Under the pieces are notes generated by a model, which was not told the origin of the DNA, made no database searches, and saw only the letters and a list, made by a program, of their open reading frames with translations. Both the position numbers and the translations under genes were made by a program. A DNA stretch of 64,000 nucleotides, taken from assembly GCA_038087875.1 (NCBI GenBank), contig CM075982.1, forward strand, positions 2,852,001-2,916,000, in the 5' to 3' direction. Positions 36,201 to 48,500 of the stretch are shown in pieces (positions within the stretch are counted from its first letter, which is position 1; the number at the start of each line of letters is the position of its first letter). Origin of the DNA: Malacoraja senta (lineage: Eukaryota).

Positions 36201-36884
36201 ACGGAATCAAGGGATATGGGGAGAAAGCAAGAATGGGGTACTGATTTTGGATGATCAGCCATGATCATATTGAATGGCGGTGCTGGCTCGAAGGGCCAAA
36301 TGGCCTACTCCTGCACCTATTTGCTATGTTTTTATGAATGATACAATGCAAAAAATGGATGTTTCTAACTTCTGAAAAAAAATCAAATAATAGATAGTTC
36401 TTACAAATGGAACCTTTACTCATCCCAGAGACGGCCTGTCCAGCAACCAGGTCGGAAGCAGCTGGTCGGAAGCAGGTCGGAAGGCAGATAGCATGTGGAC
36501 TTTGATAACCAAAGTATTGAAGTACAAAAGTTGTACTGAAATCATCCAAGACTCTGATAAAACAACAGTTTGTAAAATATTACTGTCCTGGGTCACCTCC
36601 ATTGCCAGAGTGAGATGCAAACTGGAGGAACAGCACATATTCTGTTTGGGTAGCTTACAGCCCAACGGTATTAATGTTGAATTCTTCAATTTTAGGTAAT
36701 TACCAACCCCGCCCCTTCTACCCCTTCCTTTCCCCCTCCCCTCCCTCACCTGTACCCCACCTGGACGTACCCATTTCTCCCCTGTCTATATCCTGTTACA
36801 TTTATTTTGTTCTCTCAATTCCACTCATATTTTGCTCTTTTAATTCCTACCAATGCATTTGCCACGGGCATGGTTCCACACAAA

Positions 36885-37430
36885 CCCTATGCGCCGTAGA
36901 AAGCATTTTATCGGGATGCATCACAGCTTGGTTTGGGATCGGTACCGTCCGCAAGAAATTGCAGCTAATTGTGGATGCAGCCCTGACCATCACACAAACC
37001 AACCTCCCTTCCATTGACTCCATTTACACCTCACGCTGCCTCGGCAAGGCCAGCAGCATAATCAAGGACCAGTCTCACCCCGATCACTCCCTCTTCTCCC
37101 CTCTCCCATCAGGCAAAAGGTGTAAAAGTATGAAAACGCACAGCCCGAGATTTAGGGACAGTTTCTTCCCAGCTGTTATCAGGCAACTGAATCATCCTTC
37201 CACAACCAGAGAGCCGTCCTGAACTACAGTCTACCTCATTGGTAACCCTCAGATCATCTTTGATTAGACTTTACTGGCTTTACCTTGCACTAAACATTAT
37301 TCCCTTATCATGTATCTGTACACTGTGAATGGCTCGATTGTAATCATGTATTGTCTTTCTTCTGACTGGTTAGCACGCAGCAAAAACTTTTTACTTGTAC
37401 CTCGGTACACGTGACAATAAACTAAACTGA
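36885..37430 (+). mobile_element. Rex1/Babar-like LINE 3' fragment
   Basis: CAVESILSGCITAWFG...LPSIDSIYTSRCLGKASSIIKDQSHPDHSLFSPLPSGKR, with tail ...gtacctcggtacacgtgacaataaactaaactgaa. Confidence 0.85.
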
Positions 37431-38278
37431 AACATATCGCTCACTTGCATCATGCCCAAATGGCCTTCCACATCTGGCTGCAAATAACACGTTTCCTTTG
37501 TTGGCCAAGGGCATCAAAGCTCAGCAATGTCAGTGCGTATATATATATATATATATATATATTGTAAAGCAGAGATTGCTGGATAGTGACCATTGTCAGA
37601 TTTTATCTCTTCTTCAGCCCAAGGACAGTCAAGCTAACTGCAGTGTCTCAAATGCTGAGCAAACTACAGTTTGAATTGAAAAGAGAAAACTAGAATGGCA
37701 CAGACACAAACGCTGGAGTAACTCAACGGGTCAGGCAGCATCTCTGGAGAAAAGGAATAGGTGACGTTTTGGAGACGAGACCCTTCTTCAGAACTGACAG
37801 TTGATTTGTTTGTGTTCCCATCAGGAAAGGTCGCTTGTTATTTTTAAATTAAAAAATAAAGACGTCACTGAACCTAATCCATAATCATAAAGACCAAGCT
37901 TCTGTGGATAAATGTCCTGAGTTAGTTTTAGTTTTCAGTTTTAGATTTAGATATACCAAGGAAACAGGCTCTTTGGCCCACCGAGTCCATGCCGACCAGC
38001 GATCACCCATTCACATTAGTTCTATCCTGCACACTAAGGACAATTTACAGAAGCCAATTAACCTACAAAAGTGCATGTCTTTGGAATGCGGGAGGAAACC
38101 CACGCTGTGACAGGGAGAACATGCAAACTCCATACAGACAGCACCCATAGTCAGGATCAAACCTGGGTCTCTGGTGCTGGAAGGCAGCAACTGTACCACT
38201 GCTCCACTGGCATTTATGTTTTTAGGAATTAACTAATCATCATTACTCTTGACGAATATCCACGATATATTTTTTTTA

Positions 38279-38585
38279 CGTTTAGAGATACAGCGCGGAA
38301 ACAAGCCCTTTCAGCCCACGCCGACCAGCTATCCCCGCACATTAATACTATCCTATACCCACCAGGGACAATTTTTTAAAAACATTTACCAAGCCAATTA
38401 ACCTACAAGCCTGTACGTCTTTGGAGTGTGGGAGGAAACCGAATTTCATGTAGAAAACCCACGCAGGTCACAGGGAGAACGTACAAACTCCGTACAGACG
38501 GTACCCGTAGTCAGGATCGAACCGGGTCTCCAGTGCTGCATTCGCTGTAAGGCAGCAACTCTACCGCTGCGCCACCGTGCTGCCC
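38279..38585 (-). mobile_element. tRNA-derived V-SINE (HE1-like)
   Basis: Reverse-complement copy. An adjacent copy lies at ~37925-38207. Confidence 0.85.
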
Positions 38586-40936
38586 TGGCACGCTGCGTCA
38601 CCGCTACAAATATGGATAGACAGTGAAGGGAAGGAATGTTTGCGATGATGAATTAACAATCTGAATTTTAGTGTCCAAAATGGGAAAATGTGGTGAAGAA
38701 GGTATGTGATAATGCTTGCTTTCATAGGTCAGGGCATTGAGTACAAGAGTCAGGAAGTCATGATGCAGCTCTAGAGGGGTTTGGTTAGGCTGCATTTGGA
38801 GTGTTGCGTGCAGTTCTAATCGCCACTTTACAGGAAGGATGTGGAGACTTTGCAAACGATGCAGAGGTGTTTGACCAATGATACCTGGATTAGGGGGTAT
38901 TAGCTACAGGGAGAGATTGGACACAACTTGGATTGTTTTCTCTGGAATACTGAATGATGTAGGGAGACCTGATAGAGATATATAAAATTATGAAAGATAT
39001 AGACAGGGTAGATGATCAGAACGTTTTTAAGAGAATTTTGGATAGGCATATTTTACTTTACATTACTTACCGAATAGTGAAAGGCCTGGATAGAGTGGAT
39101 GTAGAGAGGTTTTTTCCACTAGGGTGAGAGGCTAGGACAAGAGGGCACAGCCTCAGATTGAAAATACATATCTTTTGAAAGGAGATGAGGACAATAGACA
39201 ATAGACAATAGGTGCAGGAGTAGGCCATTCGGCCCTTCGAGCCAGCACCGCCATTCAATGTGATCATGGCTGATCATCCACAATCAGAATCCCGTTCCGG
39301 CCTTCTCCCCATATCCCCTGACTCCGCTATCTTTAAGAGCCCTTTCTTTAGTAATTGGTGGTGAATCTGTGAAATTCAATGCCACAGGCATCTGTGGAGG
39401 ACAAGTCATCGGATATTTTTAAGGCAGAGATTGACATATTCTTGTCAATTCTTGTCAACCAGACTTAAGAACAGTTTTTATCATCATGCCATCAGGCTTC
39501 TGAATTCATAAACACATCATATATGTTGATTATTTTATTTATTATTGTCTTTTACCTACCAATGTCACTTTTATCTTATCTTTTTTTACATTAATTTTAT
39601 CCTTGTAATATCATTGCTGAGGTGACCCGTTGTCTTGTCAAACACATTTCATTGTACCGTCGACCCTGTGTTAACCTACATATGACAAATAAAACTGAAC
39701 TGAACTGGATTAGTAAGGGTGTGAAGAGTTATGGGGAGAAGGCAAGAGAATGGGGTTAAGAGGGAAAGATAGATCATCCATTATTGAATGACAGATGGGC
39801 TGAATGGCCTAATTCTGCTCCAATGACTTACGAACACATGGATATGCAGAGAATGGAGGGAAATGGATTATGTCGGACAAGGGAAGGTCTTGGGACCAAG
39901 TTCAGCACAGACATTGTGGGCTGAAAAGCCTGTTTTTGTGTTGTACTGCTCTATGTTCTATGTAACTGTAGCCAACTGAGAGAGCACTTATACCTATGTG
40001 TCAATTCCAGACTTCACAACATATTATGGCCTCTGGTTTCTGATGGATGTATACAAACACATAAAGCTTTTCTATACAGAACTGCAAATCTGTGATATTT
40101 TTTGTTGTAAATTGAGTACATTTATTTATAATAGGAGTGTTACATCAAGCAATTCACATAATGATGCAGTGTTTGCAGCCATTACATCTACACTTTCTGT
40201 TAGTATTTATATTAGAAAGTGATAATTAAAATTTCAGTATGGCAGCCTCCAATAATGGCACTAGATGTGGATGAAGTGTACAGCAATCAGAATGAACAGC
40301 TCATAATGGCGAGAGTCTAAACCAGGAAATGTAACTCAGAAGATATAATACTTAAGGATAATGCTTAAATGTCAAGAGAAAGGAAGGAAGATTGGATTGA
40401 GAGAGATAGGGTTTGATTAAAATATTACATTAATTTTTTTTTACAAATAATTAATATCATTAATTTATATCCAGGGGTATCAGGGGTTAAAGGGAGAAGG
40501 CAGGACAATGAGGTTGAGAGGGAAAGATAGATCAGCCATGATTGAATGGCGGAATAGACCTGATGGGCTGAATGGCCTAATTCTGCTCCTCGGACATGAA
40601 TTCACTTGCATGCACTAACGTCACAAACAGAAGAAATCTCAATGTAGACACAAGGAGCTGTAGATGCTGGAATCTTGAGCAAAACACAAAGCACTGAAGG
40701 AACTCAGCGGGTATCTGTGGAGGGAATGGACAGCCGACGTTTTGCGTCCGAGCCCTACTTCAAGTTTATTTTGAAATCAATAGAATATTTCTATAAAGTG
40801 GCAGCGTAAGAAATGCATCATCGCGTTCACGTATAAAGATTATTAAAAGTTATTTCTCACTGTAGCTTGGTAAAATATTAAAAATCTCAAATAAGCTAAG
40901 CACTGTAATTTCAGATGAAAGATACAAGATGAGAAC

Positions 40937-41150
40937 TGTTAGGTATGTAATAGAAATGGTGTTACCTGCTTCCAAGTTAAAGGGGGAGGAGTGTTAGGTA
41001 TGTGACTTAATTAGCATATGTGATGTCTTGTGGAAGTACGCATGCACAGAGGGAGACTAAAGGTGGCGTCCTGGAATAAAGAAGCTTGTTAGTTTACTCC
41101 CGTGTCCGAGCCTTATTTCAAGTCTGTTCCAAGCACCCAAATACACAACA
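40937..41150 (+). mobile_element. Solo LTR (Gypsy or BEL/Pao-like)
   Basis: TGTT...AACA termini, internal AATAAA, 5-bp flanks agaac/ggaac (1 mismatch), 214 bp. Confidence 0.65.
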
Positions 41151-41281
41151 GGAACAATGGATATGAACAGAAGGCAGAGGAGAAAGGGCTTTTGTTTTGA
41201 AAGGACAAACATATTTTCCTAATGTAAACATAAGTCAATGACTATATATCATCAACAAGATAAAGAAACTTATCAACGTAC

Positions 41282-41587
41282 CTATTTGGTTTCGGACTGA
41301 CTTTCCCTTCTCCACTTCTTCGGCGACTTTAACCTTGGAGAAAGTCACCATCGAGGCATTGTCCTTCTCCACATCTTCGTGTTCATCCTCCTCCTCCTCC
41401 TCCTCCTCATCATCATCGCTGTCACTGTCTCCCAAGTCATCCATGCCTTCAGCAAATTTCTCATGGTCTTTGATTTGTTCAAAGTCAAAACTGCTTCCAT
41501 TCACTTCTTCACACACAGGTTGTTTGTCATTCACTTCCTCGCCATCTTCGTTCTCGGTGCCTTCCTCATTCTCTGGCATGTCTTCAT
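41282..41587 (-). CDS. AATF: AATF coding exon 3 (acidic region)
   Basis: cag acceptor. Reads DEDMPENEE...DHEKFAEGMDDLGDSDSDDDEEEE...MVTFSKVKVAEEVEKGKSVRNQI, then donor gtacgt. Matches AATF 'FEKFTKGMDDLG...MTFSSVKVSEEVEKGRAVKNQI'. 306 nt, phase 1-1. Confidence 0.96.
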
Positions 41588-42830
41588 CTGACATAAGAAT
41601 GAACACAAAATGTTAAACGTTTAAAACCGCCATAAGATTTCATGCACCCCCCCTGCTTACTTAGCAAATGTTTTATGTGTCAGAAACATCTTTAATATGC
41701 ATATTGAAAGGGTGTATAAAATAAATCTAAATTTCCATTTAAGAGTTTATGCCACGTAACCTAATGGGAATTCTCTTCAGCTTTAAGGATTTGCTAAACC
41801 TGGAGGCGAGACCACTGCTCTACAAAACCTTAAGCTGGCAGCCGTCATACAATTTAATTCTTCATCAGCCATGCACACTGAAACCATAAGATTAATCAGA
41901 CGACTCAATTTGTTGGGAACCCTGCTGCCAGTGTGAATTGGTACACGGCAAATGCTAATTTTCCACACGTTCAAGGCTTGCGTGAAGAAAATTCATAGCC
42001 ATTGACACCACTTGTTTAAAGCAAATACTGACAAATATTGTGACTTGTCCAATACTCCAGGTGGAATTCAACTGGCTGCACTACTTTGATTTTTCTTTTT
42101 GCAATTCCAAATTTTAGTTTTTTTACTTTAGTTTAGAAATACAGCATGGAAACAGGCCCTTCGGCACAACGAGTCCGCACCGACCAACACTATCCTTCCA
42201 CACCCTTCGGCTCAACGAGTCCGCACCGACCAACACTATCCTACACACACAAGGGACAATTTACAATTTTACCAAGCCAATTAGCCTACAAACCTGCATG
42301 TCTCTGGAGCGTGGGAGGAAACCACACCCGGAGAAAACCCACACAGGTCACGGGGAGAACGTACCAACTCCATACAGACAGCACCCATGGTCAGGATCGA
42401 ACCCAGGGCTCTGGCACTGTAAGGCAGCAACTCTACTGAGACCCTTCTTCAGATATCATAGCGTAAATTCATTTAATGAGGACCATGAAAAATTATTATT
42501 ATTAGCTTAAAAATGCTTTAAAAGCGTGTGGAAAATTTAGGTGAAGCTGGATTTTGTGCAAGTCAGGTTTTCTGAAGAAGGGTCTCGACCCGAAACGTCA
42601 CCCATTCCTTGCTTCCAGAGATGCTGCCTGACCCGCTGTGTTACTCCAGCATTTTGTGTCTATCTTCAGTGTAAACCAGCATCTGCAGTTCCTTCCTACA
42701 CTCCTTAACAAAAATATTAATTTTTGCAGAATGCAAATGCGGCCCATTAATTTACAATCCACATTTTAAAATCCGAACTACTGCAGCCGAAAATAGAAAC
42801 CAAAACGTGAAAACATTACTGTATTTCTAA

Positions 42831-42987
42831 GGTAGGCACAAAATGCTGAAGTAACCCTTCTTCAGTCTGAAGGGTCGCGACCCGAAACGTCGCTAATTCC
42901 TTCTCTCCATAGATGCTGCCTCACCCGCTGAGTTTCTCCAGCATTTTGTATCTGCCTTCGATTTACCAGCATCTGCAGTTCTTTCTT
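42831..42987 (+). mobile_element. Penelope-pLTR-derived short element with 20-bp TSD
   Basis: aaacattactgtatttctaa at 42811-42830 and 42988-43007 flanks the element. Confidence 0.8.
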
Positions 42988-43821
42988 AAACATTACTGTA
43001 TTTCTAACTGAATCCCATTTGACCAAAACTATTTTTGTCGTTTGCTTTTTCAAGTTAGAAAATGGTGTGAGTAACAACAATAAATCAATTATTTTTCCAT
43101 CAGCATTTGATAATAAAAAACATAAAGTGGATATTCTTACTAGAATTGCTTATGACTATGACAACATTGAGCATCGAACAGTGCAGCAGGGGAACAGCCC
43201 CTTAGGCCATAATGACCATGACATAGATGATGCCACGATAAGCTAATCTCCTCTGACTGTATGTGATCAATATACCTGCATATCACACACACCATAAAAC
43301 GATAGAGGCTTTAAGGTGTGAAAAATTATTATTATTATTAGCTTAAAAATGCTTTAAAAGCACATGATAGCTCCACCACCACGCCTGGCAGTGTGTTCCA
43401 GGCACCGGCACTCTATGTAAAAAAAAACTTTCCTCGCAGAAGTAAACTTTGCCACTCTCATCTTAAAACAATGCCCTCTCATCTTTAACATTTCTACACT
43501 GGGGAAAAAAGGTTCTGACTGCCTGCCTACCTTATCTTTGCCTCTCATAGTTTATATACTTCCATCTAGTCTCCCCCCTCAACCTCAGGCGTTCCAGACG
43601 AAACAATCCAAGTCTGTTCAACCTCTCCTTATAGCTAATGCACTCTAATCCAGGCAGTATTCTGGTCAACCTTTTCTGCACCCTCACCAAAGCCTCCATA
43701 TCCTTCCTGTAATGGGGCGACCAGAACTGCGCGCCATGCTTCAAATGCGGCCTAACCCACGACTTATAAATCCACAACAGCTTCCCGACTCTTGTACAAT
43801 GCTCCTTTTCTGTTGCATATT

Positions 43822-44135
43822 GACCTGCGGCATGTCCCTAACAACTCTCACCAATTTCTACAAATGCGCCATATTAAGCATTTTATCGGGATGCATCACA
43901 GCACAGTTTGGGAACGGCTCCATCCAGGACCGCAAGAAATTGCAGAGAATTGTGGACGCAGCCCAGACCATCACACAATCCGACCTCCCTTCCATTGACT
44001 CCATTTACACCTCACGCTGCCTCGGCAAGGCCAGCAGCATAATCAAGGACGAGTCGCACCCTGACCATCCCTCTTCACCCCTCGCCCATCGGGCAAAAGG
44101 TACAGAAGTGTGAAAATGCACACCTCCAGATTCAG
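43822..44135 (+). mobile_element. Rex1/Babar-like LINE fragment
   Basis: LTNFYKCAILSILSGCITAQFGNGSIQDRKKLQRIVDAAQTIT...RCLGKASSIIKD. Confidence 0.85.
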
Positions 44136-44840
44136 GTTTTGTATTTCAGGTTCTGATATAGTTTTTTAATAATAAATTTAACTAACACCTCTCTTTTAAT
44201 GTTTGTAGCTTTCATCCATGACTGTGTAACCTATTAACCTTATCCTGATGTTTATACTCAATGCCCCAACCAGTTATGGCAAGCGGACCATATGCCGTCT
44301 TCACCACTCAATCTATTTGAGTTGCCACTTTCAGGGAGTTATGGACTAGGACCCCAAGATCATCATCATCGTTGAAAACATTAGTGACGCAGTGGTGCTG
44401 GTTTCCGACGGGAACGGTGACGGACGCACCACACATTTGTCCTCCAGTTCTTGCGGACTTCCGCCGCTGGAAGTATAGGATTTTGGTGTGTGTGTGTGCT
44501 TTATCATCGTTCCTTACAATGCTATGTATACAGTACAGTGATCGCAACTTCTACTGAAGTGTGTGGATGGCCGTTGGCTCGCTAGAAGCTCATCCGCCCT
44601 TTGACAGGTCTTGTTCTTGGTCCTGCTGTGGGTCCACAGCCCCCTCCTCACCTGGCAAACCAAGTGGGGGAGACGGTTTAGTCGCCGACAATCCGACCAT
44701 GGAGCGGGTAGCACGGGATTACATGGTACCCGTGGCGGGAGGAACTCCCTCCCACCTGACCCCAAGATCCCTCTGTGCATCCATGCCGTTACGGCTCTTG
44801 CCATCGACTGTACAATTGAAAAAAAAAGAGAAACATCTAC

Positions 44841-45023
44841 CTGAGGCGTCAGACAAGGAATCCTCACTGGCCTCGTCTTGCATTGCCTTTCGAGAGGTCG
44901 CCTTGCCAGCGTACCTCCCATCTGTGTCACACAGCAAAGCTGACGTTTGTTTCCGCAGTTTACTGTCAAATGCCAGGCTGTTGTCTCCCTCGTCGAACCT
45001 GTCGATAACTTTAGCAATGGTCG
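44841..45023 (-). CDS. AATF: AATF coding exon 2
   Basis: Polypyrimidine tract plus cag acceptor. Reads (A)TIAKVIDRFDEGDNSLAFDSKLRKQTSALLCDTDGRYAGKATSRKAMQDEASEDSLSDAS, then donor gtagat. Matches AATF 'ARVIDRFDEG...LLDTDKRYCGKTTSRKA'. 183 nt, phase 1-1. Confidence 0.96.
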
Positions 45024-45250
45024 CTGAGAAAGAAAGAGAAAAGTTCAGTCCAAGAAAGCGTTTAGTTTTAATTTTAATATAATAGCTGCCATCAATTCGC
45101 CACAGTAAAAAGTACATGTAAAACGGTGCAATTTTTAAACAGAATTTAGCTGTGTTTATTGCCTCCCTGTTGAACTTGGCACTTTGAGAGGAGGTGGGTT
45201 GCTTCCTATCTGTAGTCCATTCTCCATCAATACCTTGCAATAGGACTATT

Positions 45251-45553
45251 GGGGTCAGCACAGTGGCGCAGTAGTAGAGTTTCTGCCTCACAGCGCCGGA
45301 GACCCTGGGTTCGATCCTGACTACGGGTGCTCTCTGTACAGAGTTTTTGTACGTTCTCCCCGTGACCTGCACAGGTTTTCTACAGGATCTCCCGTTGCCT
45401 CCCACTCTCCAAAGACATACGGGTTTGTAAGTTAATTGGCTTGGTATAATTGTAAATTGTCCCTGGTGTGTGTAGGACAGTGTGACTGTGCTGGGATCGC
45501 TGGTTGGCGCGGACTCGATGGGCCGAAGGGCCTGTTTCTCTAAATTAAACTAA
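45251..45553 (+). mobile_element. tRNA-derived V-SINE (HE1-like); further copies near 5365, 6785, 25215, 25880, 34833, 42127, 47365, 47712, 49197, 50420, 63355
   Basis: A/B boxes, V-domain and tail. Confidence 0.85.
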
Positions 45554-48500
45554 AATACTGATAAGCAAAAGTAAAACATTGCAGACTGAATTGGCCCAAG
45601 TGTCAAAGACCCAGAGCACTGTGGCCTCACTCTCATTTCACTCCTACCGTCGGGAAGAAGGCACAGGTGCCAGGTTCAAGAACAGCTTAATTCCAACAAC
45701 CATCAGGACAGTCTCAACACTAATCTCAATTATCGCAACGTTTAAGAAACAATTACAAAGGTACATGGATAGATAGGGCTCTTAAAGATAGCGGAGTCAG
45801 GGGATATGGGGAGAAGGCAGGAACGGGGTACTGATTGGGGATGATCAGCCATGATCACATTGAATGGCGGTGCTGGCTCGAAGGGACGAATGGCCTACTC
45901 CTGCACCTATTGTCTATTGATAGGACAAGTGGGACTAGTGTAGCTGGGGCATGTTGGGCTGGAGTACCTGTTTCCACGCTGTACGACTCTAATGCACTTT
46001 AGGCATTTGTGCACTGGTTTGGGGTTATTAATTTATTGATATTTTATTTTCTATAAACTATCCATGTGTATTGTGTTTATAGGCCTGTTATGCTGCTGCT
46101 CGTAAGAATTTCATTGTTCCATTTGTCGATACATATAACAATCAAACACTCTTGACTAAACTGTGTGTCACTCTCTCCACATGCGGCCCACCTGCTAAGT
46201 GCTTCCTGCAATTTTTGGTCCTATTACACTGGGGCAGGAATGGAGACACAAGGAACTGCGGATGCTGGAATCTTGAACAAAGCAAAGGAACTTGTTTCAG
46301 CGGGTCATGCAGCAAGAGTGTGACCCGATATCTCCCAAAGGCAGACAACTCGGATTTCGACAACTCTCTTCAGTACTTTTTCCACACTGCTAAGAGAATT
46401 TTGTGAAATTCTCGGTGCCGCTTGTGGCCTATCCTCAAATGGGAATGTACTCTTCTCCGAGCATGGTCTGGCTGACTGCAACAAATTCAATGGGTTCAAG
46501 CTACATGGCGGTGGACATGACGTCGCTGATGTAAAATATCTTTAATCGGACTTTACTGGACTTTATCTTGCACTAACTAAAGTTATTCATATTATTCCCT
46601 TTCATCATGTATCCATACACTGCGCATGGCTCGATAGCAATCGTGTATATTCCTTCCGCTGACTGGTTAGCACGCAACAAAAAACTTTTCACTGTACCTC
46701 GGTGCACGTGACAATAAACTAAATTAAACTGCTGTAGCAGGCCACAACACTGCCCAATTCTAAAGGTACAAATCAAAAGCTGCAGAAACAGTCATTTCAC
46801 ACAGAAACATTTGCCAGAACTGCGTTTCAGAAATAGGGCTCAAATAAATTTAAATGACACAAATAAGCAAGCAGTGCCTGCAAGGCTTCTTAAAATATGT
46901 AATCTTAATAATAAAAATGTTTTCCTCTGTAATTTCTCAACAGTAAATGCTTATCTGTCAAATTCGGGATTCACAAGCCTATTAAATGCCATCATGTATG
47001 AAAGCAAACTAGCATGACTATGATGAATTATTGCATCTCCTATAATCATTGGTGGGTATACATGAAGTAGCCAGTACAACATCATACACGGATGTGGTGA
47101 CAGAACTGCATCAAACTAAATGGAAGTACAAATAACAATCCACTTTTGAATTCTGCAACAGTGCTGTCTGATGTATTTTAGTTTTGGTTTGTTTAGGAAG
47201 GCTGCAGCAGTAAATCTCCCCCTCCCCCCCACACATCGGCCTTCATGTGCCCCCACTGTTCCTGCATGTGTAGCTCGCGCATCCGACACGAGGGCCACAC
47301 TCGATCCCACAGGACATGGGACTGCACAACCGTGCTATCGTAGTCTACGACGGGTCACCACAAGTTTAGAGATATAGCATGGAAACAGACCCTACGGCCC
47401 GCGCCCACCATCGAACACCTGTTCATTACTGGTTCTATTTTATCCCACTTTCTCATCCACTCCCAACAATGTATGTGCAATTTACAGAGGCCAACTAACT
47501 AACAAGCCTGCACGTCTTTGGGACCTAGGAGGAAACCCGAGCACCCGGAGGAAACCCACATGGTCACGGGGAGAACGTGCAAACTCCACATGGACAGTAC
47601 CCGAGGTTAGAATCAAACCTGGGTCACTGCCGCTGTAAGGCAACAGCTCTATCAGCTGCATCATTGTGCCGTGCTCAGTAGAGATTTGAAGTATTTAGAC
47701 CAAATAACACGGACGGCAAGATGGCGCAGCGGTAGAGCTGCTGCCTTACAACGCCAGAGACCCAGGTCGATCCGGACTACAGGTGCTGCCTGTAAAGAGT
47801 TTGTACATTCTCCCCATGACCGCGTGCGTTTTCTCCAAGTGCTCTGGTTTCCCTCAACACTCCAACGACGTACAGGTTTGTAGGTTAATTGGCTTTGGTA
47901 AAAATTGTAAATTGTCCCTGGCGCTAGTGTATGAGGATCACTGGTCGGTGTGGACTCGCTGGGCTGAAGGGCCTGTTTCCGCACGGTATCTGTAAACACT
48001 AATCACTTAAAGAACATTGGAATATATCGAAATCAAGACATTACAGGATTTAGGTAACTTGGTGCTGACTGTTTTATTAAATTAGCACCTGATTTTGCCA
48101 AACTCTATAGGCTGTTCTTGCATCAAAGTAACCTTTTTGCTAAAAATCCCCAAACCTCTCTAATTTTATGAATTCTCAAATTAATTTCTTCCTATTTTTA
48201 TTTTTAGGATTAACAACAAAAGATGACGATTTCTAACAGCTGAAACGAACCTGAAAGAAAAGCTATGAACACAAAGGGAAAAAGTTGTCTTTCACCATTT
48301 TTTTGGAAGACTATTATGTACTATCCCTCATGATGCTAAATGAAGCATTGACCAAAAATATGAGGCACTAAATGAACAAGACAAACAGCAACTTGTTTGA
48401 CTGCGCGATCACCAATGAGCGACCGTTCGAGGTGCAGAAACACTGGGGAAACTCAACCTAAAGCCGTTTAATATTAAAAGTGCAAGGAAGTGACATATAG

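Noticed and set aside
44560-44790. Possible HDV-like ribozyme (ctcctcac loop) in a GC-rich repeat-like patch next to AATF exon 2
   Set aside because: A consistent P1/P2/P3 nested pseudoknot could not be built by eye. Probably a retroelement fragment.
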